NCBI GenBank assembly: GCA_026706485.1
Contig: JAPOYR010000002.1
Span: 321,251 to 385,250, forward strand
Origin: Chloroflexota bacterium
GTDB taxonomy: Bacteria > Chloroflexota > UBA11872
Direction of reading: 5' to 3'
Length of the DNA stretch: 64,000 nucleotides
Shown here: one piece after another, positions 44,758 to 53,853 of the stretch
Layout of the letters: every line of letters begins with the position of its first letter
Numbering within the stretch: the first letter of the stretch is position 1
Notes under the pieces: generated by a model
Database searches by the model: none
Told to the model about the DNA's origin: nothing
Seen by the model: only the letters and a program-made list of their open reading frames with translations
Made by a program: the position numbers and the translations under genes

Positions 44758-45408
44758 GTGAGGAACATCGGCCGCAGCCTGCTGGCGCTCGGGGTGCTTG
44801 TCGCCGTTGCCTGCGGCGAGGCCGAGGCGCCGCCCACGGGAGATTCTGAACCAACACCCAAAACCCAGGAGCGCGTGTTGACGTACGACGCCTATCCAGA
44901 GATGCAGATCGATTCCGAGGAGTCATACACGGCCGTGGTGACGACCAATCTCGGCCAGATGACTTTTGAATTGCTGCCGGCGGAAGCCCCGCTGGCCGTG
45001 AATAACTTCGTGGTCCTGGCGCGCAACCGGTACTACGACGGTGTGGTGTTCCACCGGCTGATTCCACGGTTCATGGCCCAGAGCGGCGACCCGACCGGCC
45101 TCGGCACCGGCGGGCCTGGCTACACCTTTGCCATCGAGCCGCCTCAACGCCCCTATGTCCGCGGGAGCCTCGCGATGGCCAACACGGGTCGGCCGCACTC
45201 GAACGGCTCGCAGTTCTTCATCGTGTTTGACGATCTCACGGCCCTGGGTCGGCTGTCGCCGGACTACTCGCTGTTTGGGCAGATGGTGGAAGGCGAAGAC
45301 ACGCTGGCGAAGATCGAGGCGGTCCCCGTTGGAGTGGCCGGCACCGGCGAACGATCTCGGCCGCAAGAAACCATCACCATCACGTCCATCGAGATTCACG
45401 AAGGCTAG
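44758..45408 (+). CDS. Cyclophilin-type peptidyl-prolyl cis-trans isomerase, lipoprotein
   Basis: FHRLIPRFMAQSGDPTGLGTGGPGY; signal plus lipobox LVAVACG. Confidence 0.85.
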   Translation: MRNIGRSLLALGVLVAVACGEAEAPPTGDSEPTPKTQERVLTYDAYPEMQIDSEESYTAVVTTNLGQMTFELLPAEAPLAVNNFVVLARNRYYDGVVFHRLIPRFMAQSGDPTGLGTGGPGYTFAIEPPQRPYVRGSLAMANTGRPHSNGSQFFIVFDDLTALGRLSPDYSLFGQMVEGEDTLAKIEAVPVGVAGTGERSRPQETITITSIEIHEG

Positions 45409-45557
45409 GGCGGCCACGCTGGCATCGGTTGCCGCCGGATCCCCGGGTCGCCAGGCGCACCCGCACGAGACACCGGCGGCGCCACCCATGGTCGATGTCG
45501 AGCGAAGGACGGTATTCGGACTCGAATCGCCGCGCGGCGAAGCAGCGGAGGGACCGA

Positions 45558-46073
45558 ATGGCTAGTCGCGCCCACGCGAGGCGTGCACGTCTGGCGACCT
45601 TTGGCCTGGGTCTCGTCGTGACCGGCGTGGATCAGGCCATCAAGCTCATGGTGGACGCGGTGCTCCCGCCCGGCGGGGCCACGATCGGGCCGGTGTTCAC
45701 CCTGCGGCGAGTGAACAATCCCGGCGTCAACTTCGGGCTGTTCAGCGACCATCCCGCACCGATCCTGATCATCACCGTGGCAATCGGCGTGGGCTTCGCC
45801 GCCTACGTCGCCGCGCGGCCGCCGCGGCGGTGGTGGCAGATTGCCGCCTTTGCGCTGCTGATCGGCGGCGCGTTCGGCAACGTGATTGACCGTCTGCGCA
45901 TCGGCGCGGTCTTCGACTATCTCAACATTGCGCCGTTCGTTGGCTTTTTGAATTTCGCGGACCTGGCCATCGGCGCAGGGCTGATCGTGCTGGTTGCGGA
46001 CAGCCTGCGCGAGCGGCGGCCGGCGGCCAATCCTCCGGCCGGCGCCAACGGGGGTCCGGCCCCACCGGGCTAG
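45558..46073 (+). CDS. lspA: Lipoprotein signal peptidase II
   Basis: VNNPGVNFGLFSD and FLNFADLAIGAGL motifs; 4 TM segments. Confidence 0.8.
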   Translation: MASRAHARRARLATFGLGLVVTGVDQAIKLMVDAVLPPGGATIGPVFTLRRVNNPGVNFGLFSDHPAPILIITVAIGVGFAAYVAARPPRRWWQIAAFALLIGGAFGNVIDRLRIGAVFDYLNIAPFVGFLNFADLAIGAGLIVLVADSLRERRPAANPPAGANGGPAPPG

Positions 46074-46079
46074 GCTATG

Positions 46080-46153
46080 GGTACCCCCGGCGCGATTCGA
46101 ACGCGCGCGCCCGGCTCCGGAGGCCGGCGCTCTATCCACTGAGCTACGGGGGC
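46080..46153 (-). tRNA. tRNA-Arg (anticodon CCG)
   Basis: Reverse complement GCCCCCGTAGCTCAGTGGATAGAGCGCCGGCCTCCGGAGCCGGGCGCGCGCGTTCGAATCGCGCCGGGGGTACC; anticodon loop CTCCGGA. Confidence 0.85.
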
Positions 46154-46203
46154 TGCGCTGTCATTCTAGACGGCGCAATCCGTGACGAAAGGGTCCGGAG
46201 CGC

Positions 46204-46983
46204 ATGGAGACATGGCGGCTGCTCGTTGACCCGGCAGCGGCCGGCGCGCGGAACATGGCGATCGACCAGGCCATGGCGGAAGCCGTGCAGCGCGGCGACG
46301 CTCCGCCCACGCTGCGCTTCTACAGCTGGCGGCCGCGCGCGCTTTCCCTCGGCTATCACCAGCCGCTGCACCTCGTGGACCGCTCGCTGGCGCGGCAACG
46401 CGGCATCGATGTCGTGCGCCGGATCACCGGCGGCGCGGCCCTGCTGCACAGCGACGAGCTGACCTATGCAATCGCGGTTCCGCGGCGGCATCGGTTGGTG
46501 CGAGGCGGGGTGCGGGCATCCTATGCGGCGCTCACGCAGGGGCTTGCCGCCGGACTGGAAGCCTTGGGGCTGGCGCCGGAGGCCGGCGCTCCCGCCCATG
46601 CGGCCGAGGAGACGCTGCCAAGCCTCTGCTTTTGGTCACCGAGCGGGCACGAGCTGTGGGTGGCCGAACACAAGATGGTCGCCAGTGCCCAGGGCCGAGT
46701 GCACGGCGGCGTGCTGCAGCACGGCAGCCTGGTGATGTCTCACGACCTGGACCTTCACCCGCTCACCCGCACGACGGCGCCCAACGCTTGCCCGCCGGGT
46801 CTGCGCGATGTCTTGCCGCAGCCCACGACGATTGGCGAATTGGTGCAGACCCTCACGCAGGGTGTGGCCGAGCGGCTGCGCATTGCGCCCCAGCCGGGCG
46901 CGCTTTCGCCCGCCGAGCGCAATCGCAGCGACGAGCTGGTCAAGGTACGGTACGCGCACGATGCCTGGCTCGCCCGCTGCTGA
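46204..46983 (+). CDS. Lipoate-protein ligase / octanoyltransferase family (BPL_LplA_LipB) protein
   Basis: …RRITGGAALLH…; catalytic Lys region. Confidence 0.7.
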   Translation: METWRLLVDPAAAGARNMAIDQAMAEAVQRGDAPPTLRFYSWRPRALSLGYHQPLHLVDRSLARQRGIDVVRRITGGAALLHSDELTYAIAVPRRHRLVRGGVRASYAALTQGLAAGLEALGLAPEAGAPAHAAEETLPSLCFWSPSGHELWVAEHKMVASAQGRVHGGVLQHGSLVMSHDLDLHPLTRTTAPNACPPGLRDVLPQPTTIGELVQTLTQGVAERLRIAPQPGALSPAERNRSDELVKVRYAHDAWLARC

Positions 46984-46996
46984 CTCGGGATCTCAA

Positions 46997-47575
46997 GTGT
47001 CGGTGCTCGCCCGCGGGATGGCGGTGCTCCGCTCGGCGCAGCTCATTCTGGATGCGGGCTGCGGCGCCGGTCGCGCCGCCGTCGAGCTAGCCGCCGGCGC
47101 TCAGGTGATTGCCATGGATCGCGACGCCGAGGCGCTGGCGCAGGCGCCGCGGCATCCCAACATCTGGTACCTGCGGGCCGACGCCGACCGGGCGCCGATT
47201 GCCACCGACGCGCTGGACGCCGTCTTCAGCTTCGGGCTGCTGCAGATGCTCGGTGTCGATGGCAACGAAGACATCCGGCGCGCGCTGCGGGAGTTTCAGC
47301 GCACGCTGCGACCCACCGGCGTGGCGGTGATGGGCACGCTGGCGGACTTCAGAACCCATGACTCCCCATTTCGCAGCCTCACCGGCGCCGAGGTGTCGCA
47401 AGTCATGCGCAACACCTTTAACCTGCGCGAGCTCATCGGTCTGATGGATAGCGATGCTGCGGGGATTCGCTCGCGCTATTGGTACATCCACGCCGTACCA
47501 ATCACCGGCCCGACGCCCCGCCGGCGGTCGGCAAAGCCGCATCGGGCTCGCGCTGGCGCCAAACGGCGCCAGTAA
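46997..47575 (+). CDS. Class I SAM-dependent methyltransferase
   Basis: Motif I ILDAGCGAGRAAVELA. The C-terminal tail overlaps a convergent gene. Confidence 0.6.
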   Translation: MSVLARGMAVLRSAQLILDAGCGAGRAAVELAAGAQVIAMDRDAEALAQAPRHPNIWYLRADADRAPIATDALDAVFSFGLLQMLGVDGNEDIRRALREFQRTLRPTGVAVMGTLADFRTHDSPFRSLTGAEVSQVMRNTFNLRELIGLMDSDAAGIRSRYWYIHAVPITGPTPRRRSAKPHRARAGAKRRQ

Positions 47576-48209
47576 CCGCGTCGCAGATCCACAACCGGCC
47601 CTGCCGCAGCGTGAGCCCGTGCGGCTCGAACGGGTCGCCATCGAGATCAAGGCGCTCAAGCACGGCGCCGTCCCGCGCGCTGAGCCGCAGCACGGTGCGA
47701 TCCGAAGTGAAGGCGCACCATAGCGCCTTCCCGTCCCAGCCCAGCCCGTGGGCGCGGTCCATGGGCACCGGAATGACCCGGCGCGGCGCCAGCGATTCGG
47801 CGTCAACCAGCGTCAGGGCGCGCTGATCCAGCGTCGTGAGCCACAAGCCCTCGGCGGTCCACTCCAGGCCGTGCACGTCGCTATCGCCGGGCGCGCGAAA
47901 CTGGGCCAGCATCGCGCCTGTATGGGGATCAGTTTTGACGATCCGAGTGTGCGCCGTGTCCATGGCCGTCGGCGGGCGCGTTTTCGGCAGGCCGTTGGAG
48001 CACATCCACAGCGCGCCGTGGCCGAAGGTCACCCCACTCGACTTTCCGGCGCCCGTGGCGAACGACCGGATGACCGTGCCGTCGTCGGGCGCGACCAGAA
48101 ACGCTCGGCCCTGGTCCTGATCGGCGATCCACAGGCCCTCGGCGGTGGCCTGCAGCCCGTTGGGATGCGCCACCGGCGCCTGGAACGCGTGGTCGAAACG
48201 CCGGGTCAC
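47502..48209 (-). CDS. β-propeller repeat protein (NHL / SMP-30 / Vgb-lyase-like)
   Basis: Four repeats of the hGL…G.LW pattern (PNGLQATAEGLWIAD; HGLEWTAEGLWLTT; HGLGWDGKALWCAF; HGLTLRQGRLWICD). Confidence 0.5.
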   Translation of the reverse strand: MTRRFDHAFQAPVAHPNGLQATAEGLWIADQDQGRAFLVAPDDGTVIRSFATGAGKSSGVTFGHGALWMCSNGLPKTRPPTAMDTAHTRIVKTDPHTGAMLAQFRAPGDSDVHGLEWTAEGLWLTTLDQRALTLVDAESLAPRRVIPVPMDRAHGLGWDGKALWCAFTSDRTVLRLSARDGAVLERLDLDGDPFEPHGLTLRQGRLWICDAVTGAVWRQREPDAALPTAGGASGR

Positions 48210-48673
48210 GGCGAAGCTTCGGCAGCCAGCGTCTGGATGGCGCGGCGTCCGAGGATGCGCACGTCCTCGCTGATGTGGCTGGCCCCAAGGTCTTTCGACG
48301 AGAACCAGCGCTGCTCGCTGTGCTCCGCCGCGGCCAACCGAGGCTCTCCGCCCACGGCGTGACCGAAATAGATGAGGTCGATGTGAAAGTGCCCGGGTTC
48401 GATGGTCTCCAACAGAATCGTTTCGGGTCGCGGCAGGCCCCGCACGTCATCGTCGTCCACGGGCAAGGTGTCGCCCACGATCGCAATGTCGAGGCCAGCC
48501 TCTTCGCGCACCTCGCGGCGCAGAGCCTGCGTGGGATCCTCGCCGGCCTCGATGTGCCCGCCGATGGGCAGCCACTTCTTGAGCTTGCGGTGGTTGACCA
48601 GCAGCACCTTGCCGTCACGCACCAGGAATCCGGTGGCGGTGAAGTGTTTGTCCGGAAGGGCAGGGCGGCTCAC
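48206..48673 (-). CDS. NUDIX hydrolase
   Basis: Nudix box GGHIEAGEDPTQALRREVREEAGL. Confidence 0.8.
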   Translation of the reverse strand: MSRPALPDKHFTATGFLVRDGKVLLVNHRKLKKWLPIGGHIEAGEDPTQALRREVREEAGLDIAIVGDTLPVDDDDVRGLPRPETILLETIEPGHFHIDLIYFGHAVGGEPRLAAAEHSEQRWFSSKDLGASHISEDVRILGRRAIQTLAAEASP

Positions 48674-48704
48674 GCCGCGATTGTAGGCAGCCGCCGCCCC
48701 GCCA

Positions 48705-49060
48705 TGGTGGAGATGGGGGCGAGTCGAACGCCCCGTCCAGAGGCCGTCACCCCGCCGCGTCTACAGGCATAGCCGATCGCTATGGTTCTCGCCGGCTTGC
48801 CCGCCGTTCGGCCGCGGGCAACCCGACCAGTCCGCGTGTCTTAGCCGGCATATGCGGACGCCTCTGCCGGCGCAGCCTAGAGTGTTGGCGCCTGGTCCGG
48901 CCCGCTAGGCACGAGCCGGGCAGACGTCACGGCGCTTAGGCCGCGAGTGGGAGCGCTTCTTGCTCGCCAGTTACTTGGTTTGCCGCCTTTTTTTCGAGCG
49001 TGACGGCGTGCTCGACCTGCAGCAGCGGACCTCGGACTTCTGTCGAAACCCGGCATCCCC
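48705..49060 (-). ncRNA. ssrA: tmRNA (SsrA), about 356 nt
   Basis: 5' end GGGGATGCCGGGTTTCGACAG…; 3' tRNA-like end …GACGGGGCGTTCGACTCGCCCCCATCTCCACCA. Internal tag reading frame GCA AAC CAA GTA ACT GGC GAG CAA GAA GCG CTC CCA CTC GCG GCC TAA gives (A)ANQVTGEQEALPLAA. Adjacent to smpB. Confidence 0.85.
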
Positions 49061-49072
49061 AGCGATTCAATG

Positions 49073-49561
49073 CTAGCGCATGCGCCGCGCGATCTCACGC
49101 GCATCGTCGCGAGCGCGAATCTTCTCCCGTTTGTCATAGGCGCGCCGCCCCCGCACCAGGCCAATCTCGACCTTGGCCCACCCTTTCTCAAGGTAAAGCC
49201 GCAGGGGCACGGCGGTCTGCCCGGCCTGGTTGGTGTGGCGCGCCAGCTCGTCGATTTCGGCCCGATGGAGCAGCAACTTCCGGGGACGGTCGGGATCGTG
49301 ATTGGCGTCGGCGGCCGGCTTGTAGCGCGCGATATGCACGTCGCGCAGAAAGGCCTCGCCATCCTGGACGGCGACATAGCCCTCGCGCAGCGAAACCGAT
49401 CCGGTGCGCAGGCTCTTGATTTCGGTGCCGCGGAGCTCCAGGCCGGCATCGAACGTGTCCAGCACCACGTAGTCGTAGCGGGCGCGCCGGTTGACGGCAA
49501 GAGTGCGATTCCGGCTGGTCGGGGGCGGCGTCGCCTGCCGCCGCCGGCGTTTACGCGCCAT
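49073..49561 (-). CDS. smpB: SsrA-binding protein SmpB
   Basis: …RRARYDYVVLDTFDAGLELRGTEIKSLR…GYVAVQDGEAFL… matches the SmpB core. Has an Arg-rich N-terminal extension. Confidence 0.85.
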   Translation of the reverse strand: MARKRRRRQATPPPTSRNRTLAVNRRARYDYVVLDTFDAGLELRGTEIKSLRTGSVSLREGYVAVQDGEAFLRDVHIARYKPAADANHDPDRPRKLLLHRAEIDELARHTNQAGQTAVPLRLYLEKGWAKVEIGLVRGRRAYDKREKIRARDDAREIARRMR

Positions 49562-49617
49562 GCGAGTCCGTGCCGGACCGTGCGCGACCCTCGCCCGCAG
49601 GCGGGCTGGGCGCGGGG

Positions 49618-49932
49618 CTAGCCGGCGGCCGAGGCGCTTCCGACCGGGACCATGCCTTCAAGCAACTTCTCGAGCGCCATGGTGTGGCTGCACGTCTGCC
49701 AAACCATGAAGAACTCGCAGTCACAACTCCACGCACCGTCGGCCAGCCTGATCACATGATCGTTGTTGTCGCCATCGAACCGCACCGTCAACGCCTCGAA
49801 GTGGATGCGATGCGGTTCCTGGGCGTACTTGTGGGCTTTCTGGACCTTGCTGATCAGACTCGACTGCACGCGAGACCTCCTTAGACCGCCCCACTCCAAT
49901 GAAAAAGCGCCCGGACGTGACCGGGCACCCAA
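49618..49932 (-). CDS. SWIM zinc-finger domain protein
   Basis: CxC…CxH spacing (WSCDCEFFMVWQTCSHTMAL). Confidence 0.5.
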   Translation of the reverse strand: MGARSRPGAFSLEWGGLRRSRVQSSLISKVQKAHKYAQEPHRIHFEALTVRFDGDNNDHVIRLADGAWSCDCEFFMVWQTCSHTMALEKLLEGMVPVGSASAAG

Positions 49933-50024
49933 GGCTCAGCGGCTCGATGCGTTGAAAACCGCACGCAAACCAAGCGCTGCTGATGCATGGACGATTATAG
50001 CGCCGAGCGTTCGCGCCGTTCCGG

Positions 50025-50738
50025 CTACCACCCATATTGCAGGCGAATGGAGAGCCGCTCCGGCAGGCCGAGGTCCGTCATGCGGCGCTGGACCTGGGCG
50101 ACGTCATAGGTCGCGCGCTCGACCTGGAGGGTGCGGGCCTCGGGATCGAACAGGGCAAAGGCCGCGCGCGGATCGCCGTCCCGCGGCTGACCCACGCTGC
50201 CGGGATTGACGATCAGTCGATCGTCGTCGACCACGATGCGCTGCCCCGGCGTCGGGACCTCGGTGGTGAAGGCTTCGCTGCCGGTGGCCCCACTGCGCCA
50301 CCGGAACACCAGCGGGACGTGCGTGTGCCCCACGAGGCAGATGTCGCTGGCGAAATAGCCGAAATTGGCAATCGCGATGCGCGCGTTGGTGATGTATTCC
50401 CACACCGGATCTTGGGGGCTGCCGTGGGCGACCGCGACGTCGCCGAACATTCCGGCCGGCTCGAGGTCGGCCAGATACTGCCGGTTGACCGGCGTGAGCA
50501 CGCCGCCGGTCCACTCGCAGGCCGTGCGGGCATCGGCGTTGAACCGAATCAGGTCGGCCTTGCCGATGGACCCCCAATCGTGATTTCCGACCAGCGAACG
50601 CAGGGGCAGCTCCCGCAGGCGCTCAACGACCTCGTTTGGGGACGGCCCATAGCCAACCAGATCGCCCAGGCACCAGACCTCGTCGACGCTGCCGGCGGCA
50701 CGGAGCACGGCGTCGAGCGCGGTGAGGTTGCCATGCAC
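50025..50738 (-). CDS. Metallophosphoesterase (calcineurin-like). The true start is probably a few codons upstream at a non-ATG codon.
   Basis: GDLVGYGP, GNHD, GHTH motifs. The first motif D(V)HG is only complete if translation starts upstream of the GTG at 50738 (…LTILVIADVHG…), and no ATG/GTG/TTG is available there before an in-frame TGA. Confidence 0.7.
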   Translation of the reverse strand: MHGNLTALDAVLRAAGSVDEVWCLGDLVGYGPSPNEVVERLRELPLRSLVGNHDWGSIGKADLIRFNADARTACEWTGGVLTPVNRQYLADLEPAGMFGDVAVAHGSPQDPVWEYITNARIAIANFGYFASDICLVGHTHVPLVFRWRSGATGSEAFTTEVPTPGQRIVVDDDRLIVNPGSVGQPRDGDPRAAFALFDPEARTLQVERATYDVAQVQRRMTDLGLPERLSIRLQYGW

Positions 50739-50903
50739 GTCGGCAATGACCAGGATCGTCAGGAGCGCGCTCCGTCATTCGGTGCGCCCAAGGCGGCGCT
50801 GGGGCCATTATGCGCGGGCCTCCCCAACGTGTACGGCGCACCGTCGATCGTCGATACTGGAGGCGCTGCCGTTGCGCGCGGCAGCCGGCGTGGAGGTGGA
50901 ACC

Positions 50904-51563
50904 GTGCGACGCAATTCCGGGCAAGTCCTGGTCGGGCTGATCATCATCGCGGTTGGGCTGGCCCTGCTGCTCGACAACCTCGACGTGGGCGGCAGCCCGT
51001 GGCGGTTCTTTCCCTCGGTCATTGCCCTGATCGGGCTTTGGGCGCTCGCGCGCACCGGCTTTCGCCAGCCCGTCGCCCCGCTGCTGCTGATCGCGATCGG
51101 CGTGACCGTGCAGCTTTCGATCCTGGATGAAGTGCCGGAAGGGGTGCGATCGGCAATCTGGCCGGTCCTAGTAATTCTCTTCGGTCTGATGCTCATCTTT
51201 TGGCGCACGTCGCGCAGACGTGCCGTCGCCGGCGCCGGCGACAGCGGGAGCTATGTCGCCATATTCCACGGAGTGCAAGACCGGGTGAACGGTCCCCTTG
51301 GGCAGATTCAGGCCACGGCGGCTTTTGGCAGCGTGGAGCTCGACCTGCGCGAGGCCCGCATCGAAAACCCGCCGGCGAACATCGATGTCTCGTGCCTCTT
51401 CGGCGGCATCGAGATTCGACTGCCGCCGGACGCGGCGGTGCAGAACGACGTGCTGGGGCTGTTCGGCGGCGTCGAAGATCAGCGTCGGGCCGGCGCTGCC
51501 GATGCCGTCACGATCAACCTGCGGGGAGCCGTCATTTTCGGCGGGCTGCGGATACTGGACTAA
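50904..51563 (+). CDS. LiaF-like / DUF2154-type membrane protein (cell-envelope stress family)
   Basis: GTG start preceded by GGAGGTGGA; N-terminal TM helices; C-terminal β-rich domain (…VSCLFGGIEIRLP…). Confidence 0.55.
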   Translation: MRRNSGQVLVGLIIIAVGLALLLDNLDVGGSPWRFFPSVIALIGLWALARTGFRQPVAPLLLIAIGVTVQLSILDEVPEGVRSAIWPVLVILFGLMLIFWRTSRRRAVAGAGDSGSYVAIFHGVQDRVNGPLGQIQATAAFGSVELDLREARIENPPANIDVSCLFGGIEIRLPPDAAVQNDVLGLFGGVEDQRRAGAADAVTINLRGAVIFGGLRILD

Positions 51564-51579
51564 TCTCCAGCCGCCAGAA

Positions 51580-52971
51580 CTAGCCTTCGCTCCGAGCCGG
51601 AGGCGTGAGTCCCCGCGCCTCGACCGCCGCGATGAACTGCGCCCCGCGGTCGAACTCGTGCGCGAATAGTCCAAACGAGGCGCACGCCGGCGAGAGCAGC
51701 AGCGCGTCGCCGGGCTCGGCCATGTCGAGCGCGGCCGTGACGGCGGCGTCCATGTCGTCAACCGCCACCGGCGCCAGCGATCCCAACTGTGGGATCAAGC
51801 GATCGGTGCCCGCGCCCGGAAGCAGCACGACGCCGCGTATGCCGGCGTCGCTCTCCAAGCGCCGCGCCAGCGCGCTGAAGTCGAGCCGCTTGTCCGACCC
51901 GCCGGCGATGAGCGCCCAGGGCCCCGGAATGGTGTCGAGGGCCGCCAGGGTCGCGTCCGGAATGGTGGCGGTGGTGTCGTTATACACGCGGACCGAGCCG
52001 ATGGTCCCAAGAAAGTCCTGACGGTGCGCCACGCCGGTGAAGCCAGCGACGGCTCGGCGAATCGCTGCCTCCGGCACGCCGAGCTCCTGGGCGGCCAGCG
52101 CCGCCGCCGCCAGGTTCGCGCGGTTGTGCGCCCCGCGCAGCGCGGCGTCGCTCCAGCCCGGCGGCTCAGCCCCGGCGGGAACCCGGACGACGCGGCCCCG
52201 CGCGCGGTTCGCGAACCAATCGCCCCACCCCGGACCGGCGGGCAGCACGGCCCAATCGCCCGGCTGCTGGGCGCGGAGCAGCTCGGCCTTGGCGGCGGCA
52301 TAGGCCTCCATCGAGTCATAGCGATTGAGGTGATCGGGCAGCAGGTTGGTGACAATGGCGCCCGATGCGCGCGCGCCGGCTCCCGCCAGGCCCTCCGTTT
52401 GCCAGCTCGACATCTCGAGCACCACCACCTCGTCGGGTTGAATCTCGTCGAGCTGGGTCAGCGCCGAGACGCCCATGTTCCCCGCGAGCCGCGTGGGCCG
52501 TCCGGCGGCGTGCAGCATGGCATGCACGGCGGCAGCGGTGGTCGTCTTGCCGCGGGTGCCGGTCACGGCCACCACTTGCGACGCGGGACACCAGCGCAAG
52601 AACATGGTGAGCTCCATCTCGATGCGCGCGCCGGCCGCTCGCGCCACGGCCAGCGCCGGTGCATCCAGCGGAACCGCGGGGTTGCGCACCACGATCTCGG
52701 CGTCGCGAAAGTCCTGGAGATCGTGACGTCCGAGGACGTAGCGCACGCCGCGCGTCCCAAGCTGCTCCAGGCTCGGCGCCAATTGGGACGCGTCGCGCAG
52801 GTCCGTCACCACCAGCGACGCGCCATGGCGCCGCAAGAACTGGGCCACGCCCAGCCCTCCGCCGTGCAATCCCAGCCCCATCACCACCACGCGCCGACCG
52901 GTCAGCGCGCGCGGGCTGTCAATCGGCAGCGGTCGTGGCCGGTCAGTCATGACGCACATCCGGCCGGACAA
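51580..52971 (-). CDS. murD: UDP-N-acetylmuramoylalanine–D-glutamate ligase
   Basis: VVVMGLGLHGGG (Rossmann), GTRGKTT P-loop; Mur ligase domains. Confidence 0.85.
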   Translation of the reverse strand: MSGRMCVMTDRPRPLPIDSPRALTGRRVVVMGLGLHGGGLGVAQFLRRHGASLVVTDLRDASQLAPSLEQLGTRGVRYVLGRHDLQDFRDAEIVVRNPAVPLDAPALAVARAAGARIEMELTMFLRWCPASQVVAVTGTRGKTTTAAAVHAMLHAAGRPTRLAGNMGVSALTQLDEIQPDEVVVLEMSSWQTEGLAGAGARASGAIVTNLLPDHLNRYDSMEAYAAAKAELLRAQQPGDWAVLPAGPGWGDWFANRARGRVVRVPAGAEPPGWSDAALRGAHNRANLAAAALAAQELGVPEAAIRRAVAGFTGVAHRQDFLGTIGSVRVYNDTTATIPDATLAALDTIPGPWALIAGGSDKRLDFSALARRLESDAGIRGVVLLPGAGTDRLIPQLGSLAPVAVDDMDAAVTAALDMAEPGDALLLSPACASFGLFAHEFDRGAQFIAAVEARGLTPPARSEG

Positions 52972-53094
52972 AGACCATCGCCCGGCGGCAGCCCTGAATT
53001 CGGGCTGTCACGACAAACGCTTATGACAAGTCGCGCGGCGCCTATCTGAAACGATAGAGACGGGCTGCATGCACGGCGGACATCGGTCGAACAG

Positions 53095-53340
53095 TTTGAC
53101 ATATTTTGATGCTTCAAAATAGTTCGCCATCGTCGATGCCCGACTCGCGAACGATAAACTTCTCGCCTTTCGCGAAGGTGAACTATTGACATTGGCGTAG
53201 TAAGGCTTACAGTTGAAGCAGCTTACGGCCCCGGCCGTAACGTTGCTGCATTTTCGGGCTTGGGGAGGCTCGCTCGTGGTCCGTCATTCCGACCGCTTCG
53301 AATAAGGCACCGCCGTCGCCCATCCATTTTGGATGGGCGA
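53095..53340 (+). promoter_or_regulatory. AT-rich regulatory region: two TTGACA hexamers, several 8-bp palindromes and a stem-loop, upstream of the gene at 53408
   Basis: TTGACA at 53096 and 53186; TATTTTGA-tgct-TCAAAATA at 53102–53121; TCGCGAA at 53145 and 53169; TTACGGCC-CC-GGCCGTAA at 53222–53239; hairpin GCCCATCCA-tttt-GGATGGGC at 53318–53338. Confidence 0.4.
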
Positions 53341-53407
53341 TTGTCTTTATGTGGGCAGTCGGCCAGGACGAGGTCCGCGGGCACAAGTTGTCAGGGGGAG
53401 GCAATCA

Positions 53408-53818
53408 ATGGCAGCGGAGTGCACCAGTTTTCGGACCGCCCTCGCATGGTATACGGAGCAGCTCAGCCGGCGTCGGCGTCTGCCCGCTCGCGACGTGCGG
53501 CGCCAGATCGGATGGATTGACGACTTCCGCACCTGCCTGCCCCGACGAACGAGTCCCATCGAGGTCAGCGTGCGAGACATCGTGCTCTACTTCGCCGACC
53601 ACTGCGACTCGTTCGACGACCCGGTTGAGTGGTTCCACCGCTACAAGGCCATCGAGTCGTTCTACGAGGAAATGACCCGCGAGTTCAACCTGCCCTCCAA
53701 TCAGATTCGCGGCCTCTACGACGAGTCGGACCTGGACCCCGAGCTGCTGACCCGCATGCCGACCACGCCGAGCTTCGCGCCGGTGGACTGGTCGCGTGAG
53801 GAGCGGTACGCCTACTAG
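53408..53818 (+). CDS. Hypothetical protein (136 aa) with a strong RBS (AGGGGGAGG); unknown function
   Basis: High GC3, non-repetitive (…EVSVRDIVLYFADHCDSFDDPVEWFHRYKAIESFYEEM…). 35 nt upstream of panB. Confidence 0.45.
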   Translation: MAAECTSFRTALAWYTEQLSRRRRLPARDVRRQIGWIDDFRTCLPRRTSPIEVSVRDIVLYFADHCDSFDDPVEWFHRYKAIESFYEEMTREFNLPSNQIRGLYDESDLDPELLTRMPTTPSFAPVDWSREERYAY

Positions 53819-53853
53819 CGACCGCGGTCCTGCCAAGGGCGTACCATCAACGC

